A stretch of 64,000 nucleotides of DNA from assembly GCA_036785375.1 (NCBI GenBank), contig JAWMAR010000076.1:7564001-7628000 (forward strand), given 5' to 3'. Numbering within the stretch: position 1 is the first letter of the stretch; each line of letters starts with the position of its first letter. This document shows positions 26,814 to 39,471 of the stretch, in pieces. This DNA comes from Leucoraja ocellata (lineage: Eukaryota). The notes beneath the pieces were generated by a model. The model saw only the letters and a program-made list of their open reading frames with translations. It was not told where the DNA came from and did no database searches. The translations under genes were made by a program, and so were the position numbers.

Positions 26814-27749
26814 ATCTGAGGGTTCCTTGAAATTGTTTGTAGATAGTCCAAGTCGATAAGCGAAGTCCTTGTGTCTGGAAATGATCCTGGCCAGGTGACT
26901 GGTGTATCAGGATAGTGATCAGAACTCCATAGGTTTTAAGATTCTTTTGAACAGAGAGGTGGAAAGGCAAAATTGGAGTAAGGCAAAGTTAAATTGGAGT
27001 AGTTAGCATGGCTTTGTGTTCAACAGTTCATGTCTTAATAACTTGATTTAGTTTTTAATGAGGTGACAAAGATGAGAATAGAGCAGTGGATGGTGTCTGC
27101 ATGACTCTTTGTAAGGCATTTGATAAAGTCCCCCACAGTAGGCTAATCCAAAAGATTATGGTGCATGGGATTAACAGTGACTTGGTCGTATAGATTCAGA
27201 ACTGGCAAACTAATGGAGGACAGAATTATTAGTTTACGGCGTATTTTTCAACATGCTGAAAAATGCCCACAAAAAGGTCGCCAAGGAAAAAAAAAATCAA
27301 TATTTTGTTTTATTCGTAGGTTTAGTCAAGGTCAAGTCAAGTGTATTCGTCACATACACATACGAGATGTGCAGTGAAATGAAAAGTGACAATGCTTGCA
27401 GACTTTTGTGCAAAAAGACAAACAAACAACCAAACAAACTATAAACACAAACTAGGTCGTAGTAGGACGGCATGTTATTCGTAGGTAATCGAGGGTAGTC
27501 GAAGTTGGTCGTAGATAGTCTTCAACAGTCGAAGGTAGGTCGAAGGAGGTCATCTTCACTCTCCGCTATTCAGTCCAATTTTCCCAAAGCTAGTCTTCAA
27601 CATAGTCGAAGGAGGTCTTCTACATGAGTTTTTCAAACACGCCTCAATTCTTCTGAACTTGCAGATTAGGTCGCCGCAGTGGGACAGCCCCTTAAGATGG
27701 CTGGCGACGTGGACTGTGATGAAGTATGTCAAGCCATACAGCAGAAAAT

Positions 27750-28489
27750 AGACCAGCTACAGAAATGGCGGAGAAATTGCAGATTAGGTTAAATCCAAGC
27801 AAGTGCGAGGTGTTCGAGATAGATATCTCGAACACCGAGATATGCCATTTATTGTCACTATACATGTACAGTGAAACTGAAAGCTGCTCGTACTCAGTGC
27901 ATACATAGAATTTAACACAAAAAACAAGAAACAGAAAAAACAAAAAAACAGAAGGGAGATGGGGGGGGGGGGGGGGGGGGGGAAATAGGTGCACAAATTC
28001 TGCGGCGCTACATACATATATACAGATGGAAGACCGTGTTGGGCGGTGTAGTCAGTGCATATGTGAATTTGAATTTATAGTAGATATAATTCTCGGAAAG
28101 CAACTATTCCTGAGTCTGTTTGTCCTGGATTCAGGAATAGTTGCTTTCCGAGAATTATATCTACTATAAATTCAAATTCACATATGCACTGACCACACCG
28201 CCCAACACGGTCTTCCATCTGTATATATGTATATATGTATGTAGCGCCGCAGAATTTGTGCACCTATTCCCCCCCCCCATCTCCCTTCTGTTTTTTTGTT
28301 TTTTCTGTTTCTTGTTTTTTGTGTTAAATTGTATGTATGCACCGAGTACGAGCAGCTTTCAGTTTCACTGTACATGTATAGTGACAATAAATGGCATATC
28401 TCGGTGTTCGAGATATCTATCTCGAACACCTCGCACTTGCTTGGATTTAACCTAATCTGCAATTTCTCCGCCATTTCTGTAGCTGGTCT
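27750..28489. repeat. Long inverted repeat (palindrome), ~360-bp arms, ~17-nt spacer
   Basis: 27750-28113 is the reverse complement of 28131-28489, apart from a few substitutions and homopolymer/microsatellite length changes; mirrored ORFs appear in the ORF track. Confidence 0.95.
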
Positions 28490-29179
28490 GAACTGGAAGG
28501 TCAAATGCAAGGATAGAATACAAAATTAATGGCTTGATCCTAAACAGAATTAATGTAGAGAGAGAGATCTTGGGGTCCAAGGCCATAATTCCATTCAAGT
28601 AGAGGAAGTGGCACGCTTGCTTTGAGGTCGGCACATTTGTACAAGTCTGGAAGTCATGACCCAACTCTATATGACTTTGGTTAGGCCTTATTTAGTATTA
28701 CACACAATTCTGGTGTACAACCCCATTACAAGAAGGATGCGGACGTATAAAATTATACGGCATAGATAGGTGAGTGTCAGAATCTTCTACTAGAAGGTAT
28801 AACTTTAAGGTTTGGTGGGTGACTGGAATCCACTACCAAGGGTCATCTTAGAAACAGATATAAAAGTAGCATTTGAGGCTTTTAGGCATGTGGATATGCA
28901 AGGAAAGAGGGATACGGACCACTTTCAGAGATTAACTTGGCATCATGTCCGGCATAGATATTGTGGACCGAAGGGCCTGTTCCTATGCTGTGCTGTTCTG
29001 TTCTATGCATTGCATGTATTTGTGCACAAATAACCTTTTCCCCTTAACAGAAAAGTACATAAATCATTTCTATCTTTCTAGAACTTTGTACACATCTGTT
29101 GCCAATCTCTGTGCACACTGTGAATTAGTATCATCAATTGCTAGAGTTGCATTCAGTCTGTCTTGCATTTTAATAATAA

Positions 29180-30112
29180 ATTTTATTTATTGGGCGCCTT
29201 TCAGACATCTCAAGGACACCTTACATAGATTAACAGGAATATAAACATATAATCAGAGTAAAATAAATAATAAAGACATCACAGAGACACAAACTAAAAA
29301 CAGAAAATCAAAAACACAATGTGAAGAGAGAGCAGCGGCAGCTAAAGCGCGCCAGCGTCCACTCTCCCTTTGCGGCAGCCATCTTGAACAAAGGCTAACA
29401 GGATTACCTCACAGACAAAAAAATCATCCCCCCACAATGGATACCACTGTGAGGGGAAGGCACAATGTCCAGTCCCCAACCCAAGTTCACCCCAAAGTCA
29501 GGCCTATTGAGGCCACCGCAATTACCTCTACGGAGGCCCGATGTTCCTGGCCTTTCTCACCGGGTGGTCTTGCCCCAGTGTCGGGAGAGTCCACTCAGCG
29601 GCTGGGCCACCTGGAACAGCCGCTTCCTAGCTGGAGACCGCGGCTTCCGGAGCGGACAAGGCCGCGACGGTTTTGGAGCTCCCAGGCTCCCGATGTTGAA
29701 ATCGGCCCCGCCCACTCCGCAGACCCGCAGCTCGACGGTGTTGATCACGGCGGTCTCAGTTCACCAGAGCTCCAGCGCGCCGACCCAGGCAAGGCATCGC
29801 CCGCTCCGCTCCACGATAGCGCTCCAGCGCTGTGCCGCCACCGAGGCAGAGGTGCTGGGCGGTCCCCGCCAGGAAACGGCGCTCCAAGCCTGCTGGTAGG
29901 CCACGAGGACGGGTCTACGGGCAGCACGGAGAAAAAACTGCCTCACCGACCAGGTAGGGACCTAGAAGTAAAATTGACCCCTACCCCCCACATTAAAAAG
30001 TTCATATCCCCTACGAACAAAAAACAGGACTCACTAAAAACTATTTAAAAAAAAGCGAATTAAAACGGACGTCTGCTGGCTAGCAGCCGTTCCTCAAGAT
30101 GGCTCCTCCCCC
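29180..30112 (-). mobile_element. Unclassified GC-rich interspersed element (probably a non-autonomous retroelement)
   Basis: Sharp GC/CpG-rich block; minus-strand 5' end ggggaggagccatcttg, A-rich 3' end aataaataaaa. The overlapping ORFs are low-complexity. Confidence 0.4.
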
Positions 30113-31485
30113 TCAACTGGTCACTTTAAATGCAACAGTGGAGCTATTGCTTACTCAGAAACCAGCTGTGGTTGTGATGAGCTATTTTCTAATCTTGTTT
30201 ACTGGTTTCCTGCGTAACTGACTGATTGAACCAGGAGACGAAAGAGCATTTATTTATTAATACATTCTCACAGCAAACAATCTGCTGAGCCATCTGCACA
30301 GACAGTGCTACATTTAGTTTACATCCTGCTGCATCAACGTCTTCAATATGGTTTGACATTTACTCTTTGACCTTCTGTGATCAAAGGCCAGACAGGGTTT
30401 CAATTTATGTGTCGCTCTAGGTAAAAGCGGTGACAGGGTTATTATAAATTCCCAAGCCAATGAAGAACAACAACTTATTCACAGAAGTTTTGAAGTAAAG
30501 ACATTTTTTTTTTAAAACGTTGCTACATTAAACATTATACAGAGCTGCAGAAGCACATAAAATAATTGGACCAAGAGGTAGATTTGAAGGTGTTTTTTTA
30601 ATTTATTGAATATTTTTGTTTATTGTATTTATGTGGATTGTATTTACAGATCTATTATGCTGCTGCATGTATTTTATCCTTACTTCAAACCATTGCCCTC
30701 TAGATATTAACAAAACACAGAAATGCTGGAAATACTGAATTAGGTAGAATCTTTGGTGAGAGTTAATGCTTCAGGTCAATGACCTTTCACCAGAACTGAA
30801 AACATTAGAAATAGAAGCATGCATTAAGTTGCAGAAGGGGGGGGGGGGGGGGGGGAAGAGGATATAGCAAATGTTTGAAATGTACAGAGATAAATAGTGC
30901 AAAGATGTGCAAAGATAAAATTTAAAAATAAATTGGATAGTTATATGGATGGGAAGGGAATGGAGGGTTATGGTCTGAGCACAGGTATATGGGACTAGGG
31001 GAGATTATGTGTTCGGCACGGACTAGAAGGGTCGAGATGGCCTGTTTCCGTGCTGTAATTGTTATATGGTTATATGATTTATATGAATAAAGTGTATGGC
31101 ACCTGATGCTGGCTGAGTGTGGATAAAGACTTGTTCAATTATTGCTGATATAAAAGTGGAGATAAACAGGAAGCAAATGAGAACAGTGGTGGAGAAAACA
31201 TTACTGTACCTAAGACACAAACTGCAACAGCAGCTAAGAATAAATCAAAGCCAATTATGGAAATACTCATGTCAAAGAGCACCAATGGAGAGAGAAAAAC
31301 TTAATTAACTTTACAGGTCAATGACCGATAAGAACTGGTAATTTCTGACACAAACTGAAATAGCACAATCTTAAATTCTGGAATTTAGTGTTGAATTTCA
31401 TGGACGTGAAATTGAATTACTCTCTCCACATGTTATCCAACCTGCTGGCATTTCTAGCATTTTGTTTTTTCTTGAAATCGAGGAA

Positions 31486-31835
31486 ATAGACAATAGATGC
31501 AGGAGTAGACCATTCAGCCCTTTGAGCCAGCACCACCATTCAATTTGATCATGGTTGATCATCCACAATTAGTACCCCGTTCCTGCATTCTCGCCATATC
31601 CCCTGATTCCCCTATCTTTAAGAGCTCTAATCTCTCTTGAAAGCATCCAGAGAATTGGCCTCACCTGCCTTCTGAGGCAGTGAATTCCACAGATTCACAA
31701 CTCTCTGGGTGAAAAAGTGTTTCCTCATCTCTGTTTTAAAAGGCCTACCCCTTATTCTTAAAATGTGGCCCTTGGTTCTAGATTCCCCTAACATCGGGAG
31801 CATGTTTCCTACCTCTAGTGTCCAATCCCTTAATT
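31486..31835 (-). mobile_element. CR1/HER1 LINE 3' fragment
   Basis: Homologous to 17403-17760. Confidence 0.85.
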
Positions 31836-31869
31836 AATTCTTGCATATTGCATGCACAGCCTAAAGTTG

Positions 31870-32070
31870 TAGATCAAGGGTAGACATCTAGGCCAGGACA
31901 GCATCAGTTACGGGGCGGATGGCTTTGATGCCACCAGGAAAAAGCCTCAGTGAACAGTCATTCTGGATGTTCGCAGTCGCAAGCAGGGCTGTCTGTCACC
32001 CCCCACTTATGCACGTGATGGGCTGTTCTTGCATGGAGGGTGCGGATTCTGGTTAGATTCCCGCACAGGA
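31870..32070 (-). mobile_element. Non-LTR retrotransposon C-terminal fragment
   Basis: LTRIRTLHARTAHHVHKWGVTDSPACDCEHPE resembles the R-T-G-H...W...SP-x-C-x-C zinc-binding tail of RTE/I-group LINE ORF2s. Confidence 0.5.
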
Positions 32071-32519
32071 GCAGCCGCAGCGGCTCCACCTTCTCCTCCT
32101 TCCGCATCCCGTCCGTCCCCGTCCACTTGGCAGTGGACAGGGATGGCCAAGGCAGCGGGACGATGATGCCCATGTTGTCCGAGGAGCGCTGACCTTCCTT
32201 CCTCCCCATCTCCCCTCTCTCTCTTTTGTACGCCCCCCTCCACCCCCCTTATCCTGAGACCCCTCCTCTCCATCCCACACTGATCCCCATTCCCACCTCT
32301 ATTCCGTCTTCACTGACATCGCCTGTGCTCCCCTCCCCATCTATTCATCCTGCACTGATCACCCTATCCTCATTGGTGTTATGTCTGTATTCTTCTTTTT
32401 TTTTGTGTGCTGCAAAATGGCAAAAAGCATTTCACTTCACTACACCTCAGTGTATGTGAATGTGACTAATAAAATACCTTTGATCCACCTCGCATTGATT
32501 CTCCTCCCACTCCCCATAC

Positions 32520-33030
32520 ATCCTACATTGATGACCCAATTCATCCTGTACTGACCCCCCTTCCCATCCACCATGTAGTGATCTCCCCATTCACCTTTTA
32601 CTGATCCACCCCATTCATCCTGTACTGATCCCCGCCATCATCCTGTACTGTTTCCCCCCACCCCCATTCATCCTATAGTGATCCCCATTCATCCTGCACA
32701 GGCCCTCCAATCCACACTGTACTGACCCCCATTCATCCTGTGCTGATCCCCATCCCATCCATCCTGTACTGATCCTCCCATTCAAGAAGATTGGGGGGGG
32801 GGGAGATCAGTCTGAAGAAGGGTCTCGACCCGAAACGTTGCCAATTTACTTCACTGCATAGATGCTGCCTCACCCGCTGAGTTTCTCCAGCATTTGTTTC
32901 CCCCCCATTCATCCTGTACTGATGTCCCCCATTCATCCTGTACTTAACCCCCCCATCCACCCTGTACTGATCCTCCCATCCAACTTACACAGATCCCCCC
33001 CATTCAACCCCACTAACATCCCCTGCGCTC
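32520..33030. repeat. Minisatellite (~22-26 bp unit, CCCATTCATCCTGTACTGATCC-like) interrupted by a Penelope fragment at ~32785-32900
   Basis: More than ten imperfect copies are visible. Confidence 0.85.
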
Positions 33031-33119
33031 TCCCCTCACAATTTCACCTACTCCAACACGCACTAATTCCCCTGCCTCAATCCATCCATTCCGCACCAAT
33101 TACCTTCTCATATGCGGTG

Positions 33120-33281
33120 GGCCCCACTCTGGCCATGGAGGAGGCCCAGGACAGAAAGGTTGGATTCGGAATGGGATGCGAGTTGAAGTGTTGAGCCACC
33201 GGGAGATCAGGTTGGTTATTGCAAACTCAGTGGAGGTGTTGTGCGAAGCGATCGCCAAGCCTGCGCTTGGTCTCACCGAGG
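33120..33281 (-). mobile_element. Penelope GIY-YIG fragment
   Basis: Encodes GETKRRLGDRFAQHL; homologous to 39150-39300. Confidence 0.85.
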
Positions 33282-33464
33282 TTGATCATACGCTGAATAA
33301 TCCAACCACATTTTTGTTTGGAAATGGAACGAAATAATAGAAATTGCATTAATTGCAATGTGTAAAAGGATTTGAGATACTCTATTATAATTTTGCTGCA
33401 TGTCATTGTGGTATATATCATGTTTTGATCGGTGAATATGTTTAGTTTGTGACTTTATTTCCCC

Positions 33465-34810
33465 GACAGGAAGAGCCCGGAGGCGGCGCAGGGACCGCAA
33501 ACAAAGACGTGGGAAGCGGGGAGGCTGGCTGAAATCAAACCCGCACCAGCCAGCTCTGCCCAGCATTTTCCTCGCGAATGTCCGGTCTATGGTGAGTAAA
33601 ATCGACGAATTAAGGCTGCGGATCACCAAACACAGACGGAACGCCGACTGCAACGCCATGGTCTTCACTGAAACATGGCTCAACGGCAACATCCCGGACA
33701 ACGCCATCGAGCTGGAGGGGCGCACTGTCTTCAGTGCCGACAGAACAGCGGAGGATTCCAGTAAGACCAAAGGTGGCAGACTGTGCATTTATGTGAATAA
33801 CACATGGTGTACGGACGTTGTTAGGATTGGTAGTCACTGCTCTGCTGACCTGGAATACCTGATGTTAAAGCGCAGGCCCTTCTATCTGCCCAGAGAATTC
33901 ACATCGACTGTTATCACTGCAGTCTATGTACCGCCGGACGCTAATGCTAGGCTAGCAATGGAAGAGCTGCAAGCTGCTATCAGCAAACAACTAACTGCTC
34001 ACCCAGAGGGGGCATTTATTGTTGCGGGTGATTTCAATCATTCCAACCTTAAAACGGTACTCCCCAGGTTCCATCAGCATGTTTCCTGCCCAACCAGAGG
34101 AAACAATATTCTGGACTTAGTATATACCAACATTACTGAAGCCTACAAAGCCCTCCCCCTCCCCCACCTTGGTCAGTCTGACTACCTCTCTCTGTTCCTG
34201 CTCCCCAAATACACACCTCTGATCAGACGTGTGAAACCTACCGTGAGGACAGTGAAGGTTTGGCCTGAGGGGCTGTCTCTGTTTTACAGGAGCAGTTTCA
34301 GCAGACAGACTGGAGTCTGTTTGCTACCCAGTCCACCTTCAACTCCCAAGTGGACATCAACTCATACACCTCAACAGTTTTGGACTATATAAAATTCTGC
34401 ACTGATAACGTCACTACCCACAAAGAGATAAAGACCTTCCCTAACCAGAAGCCGTGGATGAGCAGGGATGTCAGACTCCTACTGAAGGCTCGCGATGCCG
34501 CTTTCAGATCTGGCAACGCTGAGGGATACAGCTCATCCAGGGCCAATCTGCAAATGGGAATTAGGAATGCTAAACTCAATCACAAACGGCGGATTGAGGA
34601 GCATTTCCAAAAAAACTCTGACCCCAGGCGCATGTGGCAAGGATCAAATCCATTGCCGATTACCAGAAAGTTAACACCCCCCCCTCCCCCCAGACAACGC
34701 CACCCTTCCTGATGAGCTAAACCATTTCTATGCTCACTTTGACCGGGACAACAAAACTCCAGCCATCAAAGTTGCCCCACCCCCGAATGAACAACCCCTC
34801 AGTCCTCCAA
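33465..34810 (+). mobile_element. Rex1/Babar-clade LINE 5' part (APE endonuclease), frameshifted and 3'-truncated
   Basis: Encodes RRGKRGG..LPSIFLANVRS, FTETWL, VYVPP, AGDFNH, LDLVYTN, GQSD and FPNQKPWM. Confidence 0.9.
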
Positions 34811-34811
34811 C

Positions 34812-34955
34812 ATCCCAAAGATGTGCAGCTTCGTGGGTTAATTGAGTCAGTTAAATTGACCCTGGTTTGTCGGACAGTGTGAGTGTATGGGGTGATTGCA
34901 GATGGGCGCGGACTCGGCGGGTCGAAGGGCCTGTTTCCACGTTGCATCTCTAGTC
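34812..34955 (+). mobile_element. HE1-like SINE 3' fragment
   Basis: catcccaaagatgtgc..gggtcgaagggcctgtttcc tail. Confidence 0.6.
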
Positions 34956-35051
34956 TTCTCAAATCTCTCCTTTCGTGGCAAACTCACAATTCCTGGAACC
35001 AGTTTAGTGAATTGGACTGCTGCTACAGACTCTAGATCTTTTGGTAAGTAA

Positions 35052-35213
35052 AGGGCCTGTCCCACTTGGCTTTCTTTCGCACGCCATTTACACGACCTGC
35101 TAGCGTGTGGGTAGCGCGGGACGGGCGCACGGAGTGGTGTGGACTACGTCCCGAACGAAATCTTCACACGCCAGGCCTGTTGCGTAACTGACGGCCAAAG
35201 TGGGACAGGCCCA
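35052..35213. mobile_element. PIF/Harbinger-like MITE (~160 bp)
   Basis: TIR GGGCCTGTCCCACTT / AAGTGGGACAGGCCC flanked by TAA on both sides. Related right ends occur at ~27680-27695 and ~42041-42056. Confidence 0.8.
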
Positions 35214-38200
35214 TAATTGAGACAGGAAACAGTATTACAATGCTTCCCGGTGGGTACTAAACAATTGCAGCAAGACATTTTCACTTGTGTACTCAAATCT
35301 CCCTCATTACAAAGGCCACGCTATTATCTTTCTTAATTACTCGTTTGTCCCTGTGCCTTTAACTCTATCTCCCTTTCAACAACGTTGTTTACTACACTAT
35401 TCCAAAGGGATGCTCAGAACATCCCCCCACCTCCCAAGATTTTATGTTTCAATTTGTTGCCTTAACTTTTAGAATTTCTCAACCCAAGATTTTAAATATT
35501 TGTCGGATATCTATCACTGTTGCAGATGTATGATTATTTCCCATTTTAGAACAACAGAAATACTGATCAACGATAACCAAATATTTTTCTAATTTCAAAG
35601 GGCTCTTTGAGACTATCCTTCCTCTTAAATAGCAATCAGCCTTTCCTACTGTGAAAACCTCCTGGTTCTGGAATGCCAGAGCATAAGCTGGACCTTTTCA
35701 ACAATTTGTGGATGTCCACACACTCGAAGGGGTATCAAGAAGAGAAGAGAGAAATGCCATCTTGCCTGAGCAAACACCAGAAGATGGACCAGCTAATTTC
35801 TAGAGTTTGAATCACCAATCAAATTTAAAAAACAAGTAGCATGTCATGTCACAAACCAGTAAAAGAACAAATACAACAGCTCCAAAAGTCAAGGTTCATC
35901 CCATTGCCTAAAGCAGACATGACCACAGCAGAAGAAAGTTCATATGAGGTGACTAATGTTGATGATGCAGTTGCTGGCATTTTATTATTAGAATTAATTG
36001 CAAACAAGTATGCACGGGTAAGACATTTTATTGCCCATCCCAGGGTTGTTCTAAAAAGCTGGTGAATCATTCGAAACAGCTTTTGATACAATTGACAGCC
36101 TTGAGGCCACAGCCATCCTTTTTTTTAAAATATATAGTTTAAGCTAAAATTAAGACAAAATACGAACAGATTTTTTTCCCTAAGAGGCAATTAGTAATAA
36201 TTTGGTGAAGGAACACGAGGCCAGGTCACCAAGCATGCATTAGGAGCAGAAACTCATAGGGAAAGAAGGACAAGGGTGGTCAATGGCAGAGAAAGAACAG
36301 CAAAATGTAGGGAAAGCCCATTTGACTTCTGCACCCGCTCCACCATTTAACCATATATAAATAGCAGGCACGTGCTGTCAGGGTAGGCAAGGTCGGCAAA
36401 GCCTATCCTGACTAAAATTATAAAATGGTAAAAAAATATCATATATACCAAATATAAATAAAACATATATAAAATGGTCATAAATAATAACTGCACGGAA
36501 GAATTATGCTTCCCTAAGAGATCGAACTCTTAGGGGGGCATAATTCACCCATGCCTTTCATACAATCAATCTAAAACGCAGAAGTATGGGGTACTCACGA
36601 GCTGTCAACGCTGCTTCAAGCCATCAGTGGCAACGGTCCATAAAGACAGCTCAAATTCTGCCTTTACACCGTGGATTGCGTGTATGTGCGGCATTGCGCA
36701 CTGCAGAAGTACATTTCTTTGAACTATATGTTTTTAAATACTTTATTAAGAGATAGGACCTATTGAAGACAAATTACTTGATAACAGACGAGAGACCCAT
36801 CTGCGCTTGTGCGGTTTCCAAGTTTTTGTGAATTCACTGCACATCTAAAATTCACTCTTGAGGATAGTGAATATTTGGCACTGCCTATTTGAAATGGCTC
36901 CACTGCTAGATCTAGGCAACATGCAAACTGGATGAACAGCACCTCATATTCAACATGGGCAGGAAGAGGCACGGCGTCTCAGGCTTGCCCCGGACAATCG
37001 GTCTTACCCTCAGTAGAGCCACTGGTGTCAGAGGCCTGTTCCCAAAAGCCCAGACTCGACTATGCATTGGCAACGGTGGTCTCAGGTTTAGCCCAGTAGC
37101 TCAGTCTTCCTCAAACGTGTGACAGGGGAGCACAGCTAGCAGGGAGAAGCCCACTTTCTTTCCCTTCCTCCCTCCTCTTTCTAATCTGGTTCTTCCCTCC
37201 TCTGGCTTGAACTTCTGGGAGTCGGCTGTCGAGGTTTAGGTGGCCAAATCAGAAGCCAGCTAATTGGACCCAGCTGTTATCAATGATGCTGGGGATTGGC
37301 CTTCCCCGCCTCTTCGGCAGTGATAGAGATCAGAGCTGCATCCAAGAGTGGGCTCTGTCACCGTAGATAAATGCATGAAGTGGTTACGAGTTCCATTAAC
37401 CATCGTAAAGAAGCCCTGATTAAGAAGAGTAGATTTGGCAGAGCATAGAAAGGGGGAGGATGGAATGAATTCCTTACAAGGAATGAGCAGAGTGGGTGTA
37501 GACAAGATACAGGATAAGGAGAAGTATGAAATAAGTTGAGGGCAAAAATATACAGAAACAATGGATCTGTCAGAACAGTCCTACCTGTGCATCTTGGGAA
37601 GGATGTACAACCAGTTTGTAGATTGGATGACAACACGACAGTAGGCTCTGAAGTAAAGAGGTTTTAATGAAATTAAGAATATGACTTCCAGGAAACAATA
37701 CCCTAATACGTTTGGTCACCATTATGTGACAGGTAGGTGGTGACTTGCATTCAAAGCCTTGAATAGAATTCAAGCCATTTCATCAAACCACAGGTCAACA
37801 CTCAGTCTGAAGAAGATTCTCGACCTGAAATGTCACCTATTCCTTCTCTCCAGAGATGCTGCCTGTCCCGCTGAGTTACTCCAGCATTTTGTGTCTACCT
37901 TCAATTTAAACCAGCATTTGCAGTTCTTTCCTGCTCATCAAACCACAGTATGCTTTACTAGTACCCCATTCACCATTTTAAGCATTAAATCCTTCTTCAG
38001 TGCATCTCAGTATATACAAAATGTACAACAGTTGCTCATTCTGGCTACTCGCACAGCATATCCAAAACATGAACGCATAACAGAGTACATACGCGGGTAT
38101 CTGGAGTAAGTAACTCACTACTATATGAAATCAGCAGGTTTGCAGCAGCAGAAATGTATTCTCCATAATCTTCAACATCACAGCCCAGCCAACATTTTTC

Positions 38201-38435
38201 TCTCCTTCCACAATCAAACCAGGGATAACTGGTTCAATGAAGAGTGCAGGAGGGAATGCCAGGAGCAGCATCTGGCATGCCTCAGAATGAAGATCCAACA
38301 TGAAGCCCTAAGACAGGACTAATTGCATGGCAGAAGTCCTCCACTGGTTGGAATCATACCCAGCACAAAGCAGGCATGATATTCAACTCCAGAAAAAAAG
38401 TAGGAAGTATTGGCCAGGGGTCCTAGAGGTCAGCG

Positions 38436-38622
38436 AACCGAAAGGGTGGGACGCCTAAATGCAAACTAACCGAAAGGGCAGGTCACCTAAAAGCCAACTA
38501 ACCGAAAGGTTGCGTCGCCTAAAAGCAAACTCACCGAATGGCTGCTCTGCCGAAATGCCACCGACCTGAAAGGCGACGTCGCCCACAAGCCAACGGACCG
38601 AATGCCGTTCAACAGAAAAGTC
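38436..38622. repeat. Degenerate 32-bp tandem array (AACCGAAAGG-N8-CCTAAAAGCAAACT-like), ~6 units
   Basis: Units start at 38436, 38468, 38500, 38532, 38564 and 38596. Confidence 0.8.
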
Positions 38623-38959
38623 AAATAACTGACATGACGTTGCCGGGGGCGGGACTTGTCAGCGATTGGTCCAGACCCCCGCGTCCATCACTTCACTGTG
38701 GAGGGATGAACATTGTCCCACAACTCCGATCCACCTGATCCGCAGCCTGCAGAGGGTGGCCGTGGAAGAGTGGGGGCTGTGCACCTTTGGCCGCTTACAA
38801 CTTGGTGCCTCTCCCCCCTCTTCTCTCTCCCCCTCTCTTTCTCTCGCTCTCTCTCCTCCGTCTCCACCAGCGGGAGGGTGGGTGTCATTTTCCCCACACA
38901 AGCCATAGGTGACCAGGCAATCAGAACCCATGCACCAAGTTGACAATTCTTTTCTTCCC

Positions 38960-39400
38960 TCCCGTACCACCTGCTCCCCGGGCACTTTCCCTTGCAATCG
39001 CAAGAGATGCAACACTTGTCCCGTTACCTTCCCCCCTCGACTCCATTAAAGGACCCAAGCAGTCATTTCAGGTGCGACAGAGGTTAACCTGCATCTCCTC
39101 CAACCTCATCTATTGCATCCGCTGCTCTAGATGTCAGCTGATCTACATCGGTGAGACCAAGCGGAGGCTTGACGATCGTTTCGCCGAACACCTCCGCTCG
39201 GTCCGCAATAACCAAGCGGACCTCCCGGTGGCTCAGCACTTCAACTCCCCCTCCCATTCCGTATCTGACCTCTCTGTCCTGGGTCTCAATGGCCAGAGCG
39301 AGCAACACCTGAAATTGGAGGAACAGCACCTCATATTCTGTTTGGGGAGTCTGCATCCTGGGGGCATGAAGATTGAATTCTCGCAATTTGTTAGCTCTTG
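38960..39400 (+). mobile_element. Penelope-like retroelement GIY-YIG endonuclease fragment
   Basis: Encodes TCISSNLIYCIRCSRCQLIYIGETKRRLDDRFAEHL...LPVAQHFN...EEQHLIFCLGSLHPGGMKI. Confidence 0.92.
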
Positions 39401-39471
39401 TAGTCTCCTCCCTTCCTCAGCCCCTCAGGCTCTCCTCCCATCCCCCAGCCTTCGGGCTCATCCTCCGCCTT

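Noticed and set aside
29437-30048. 203-aa and 144-aa ORFs as a gene
   Set aside because: They come from a GC-rich repeat-like block that is open in several frames on both strands, with no recognisable domain.
38436-38622. CRISPR-like repeat/spacer array
   Set aside because: The variable parts are only ~8 nt, the units are degenerate, the context is eukaryotic, and there are no cas genes.
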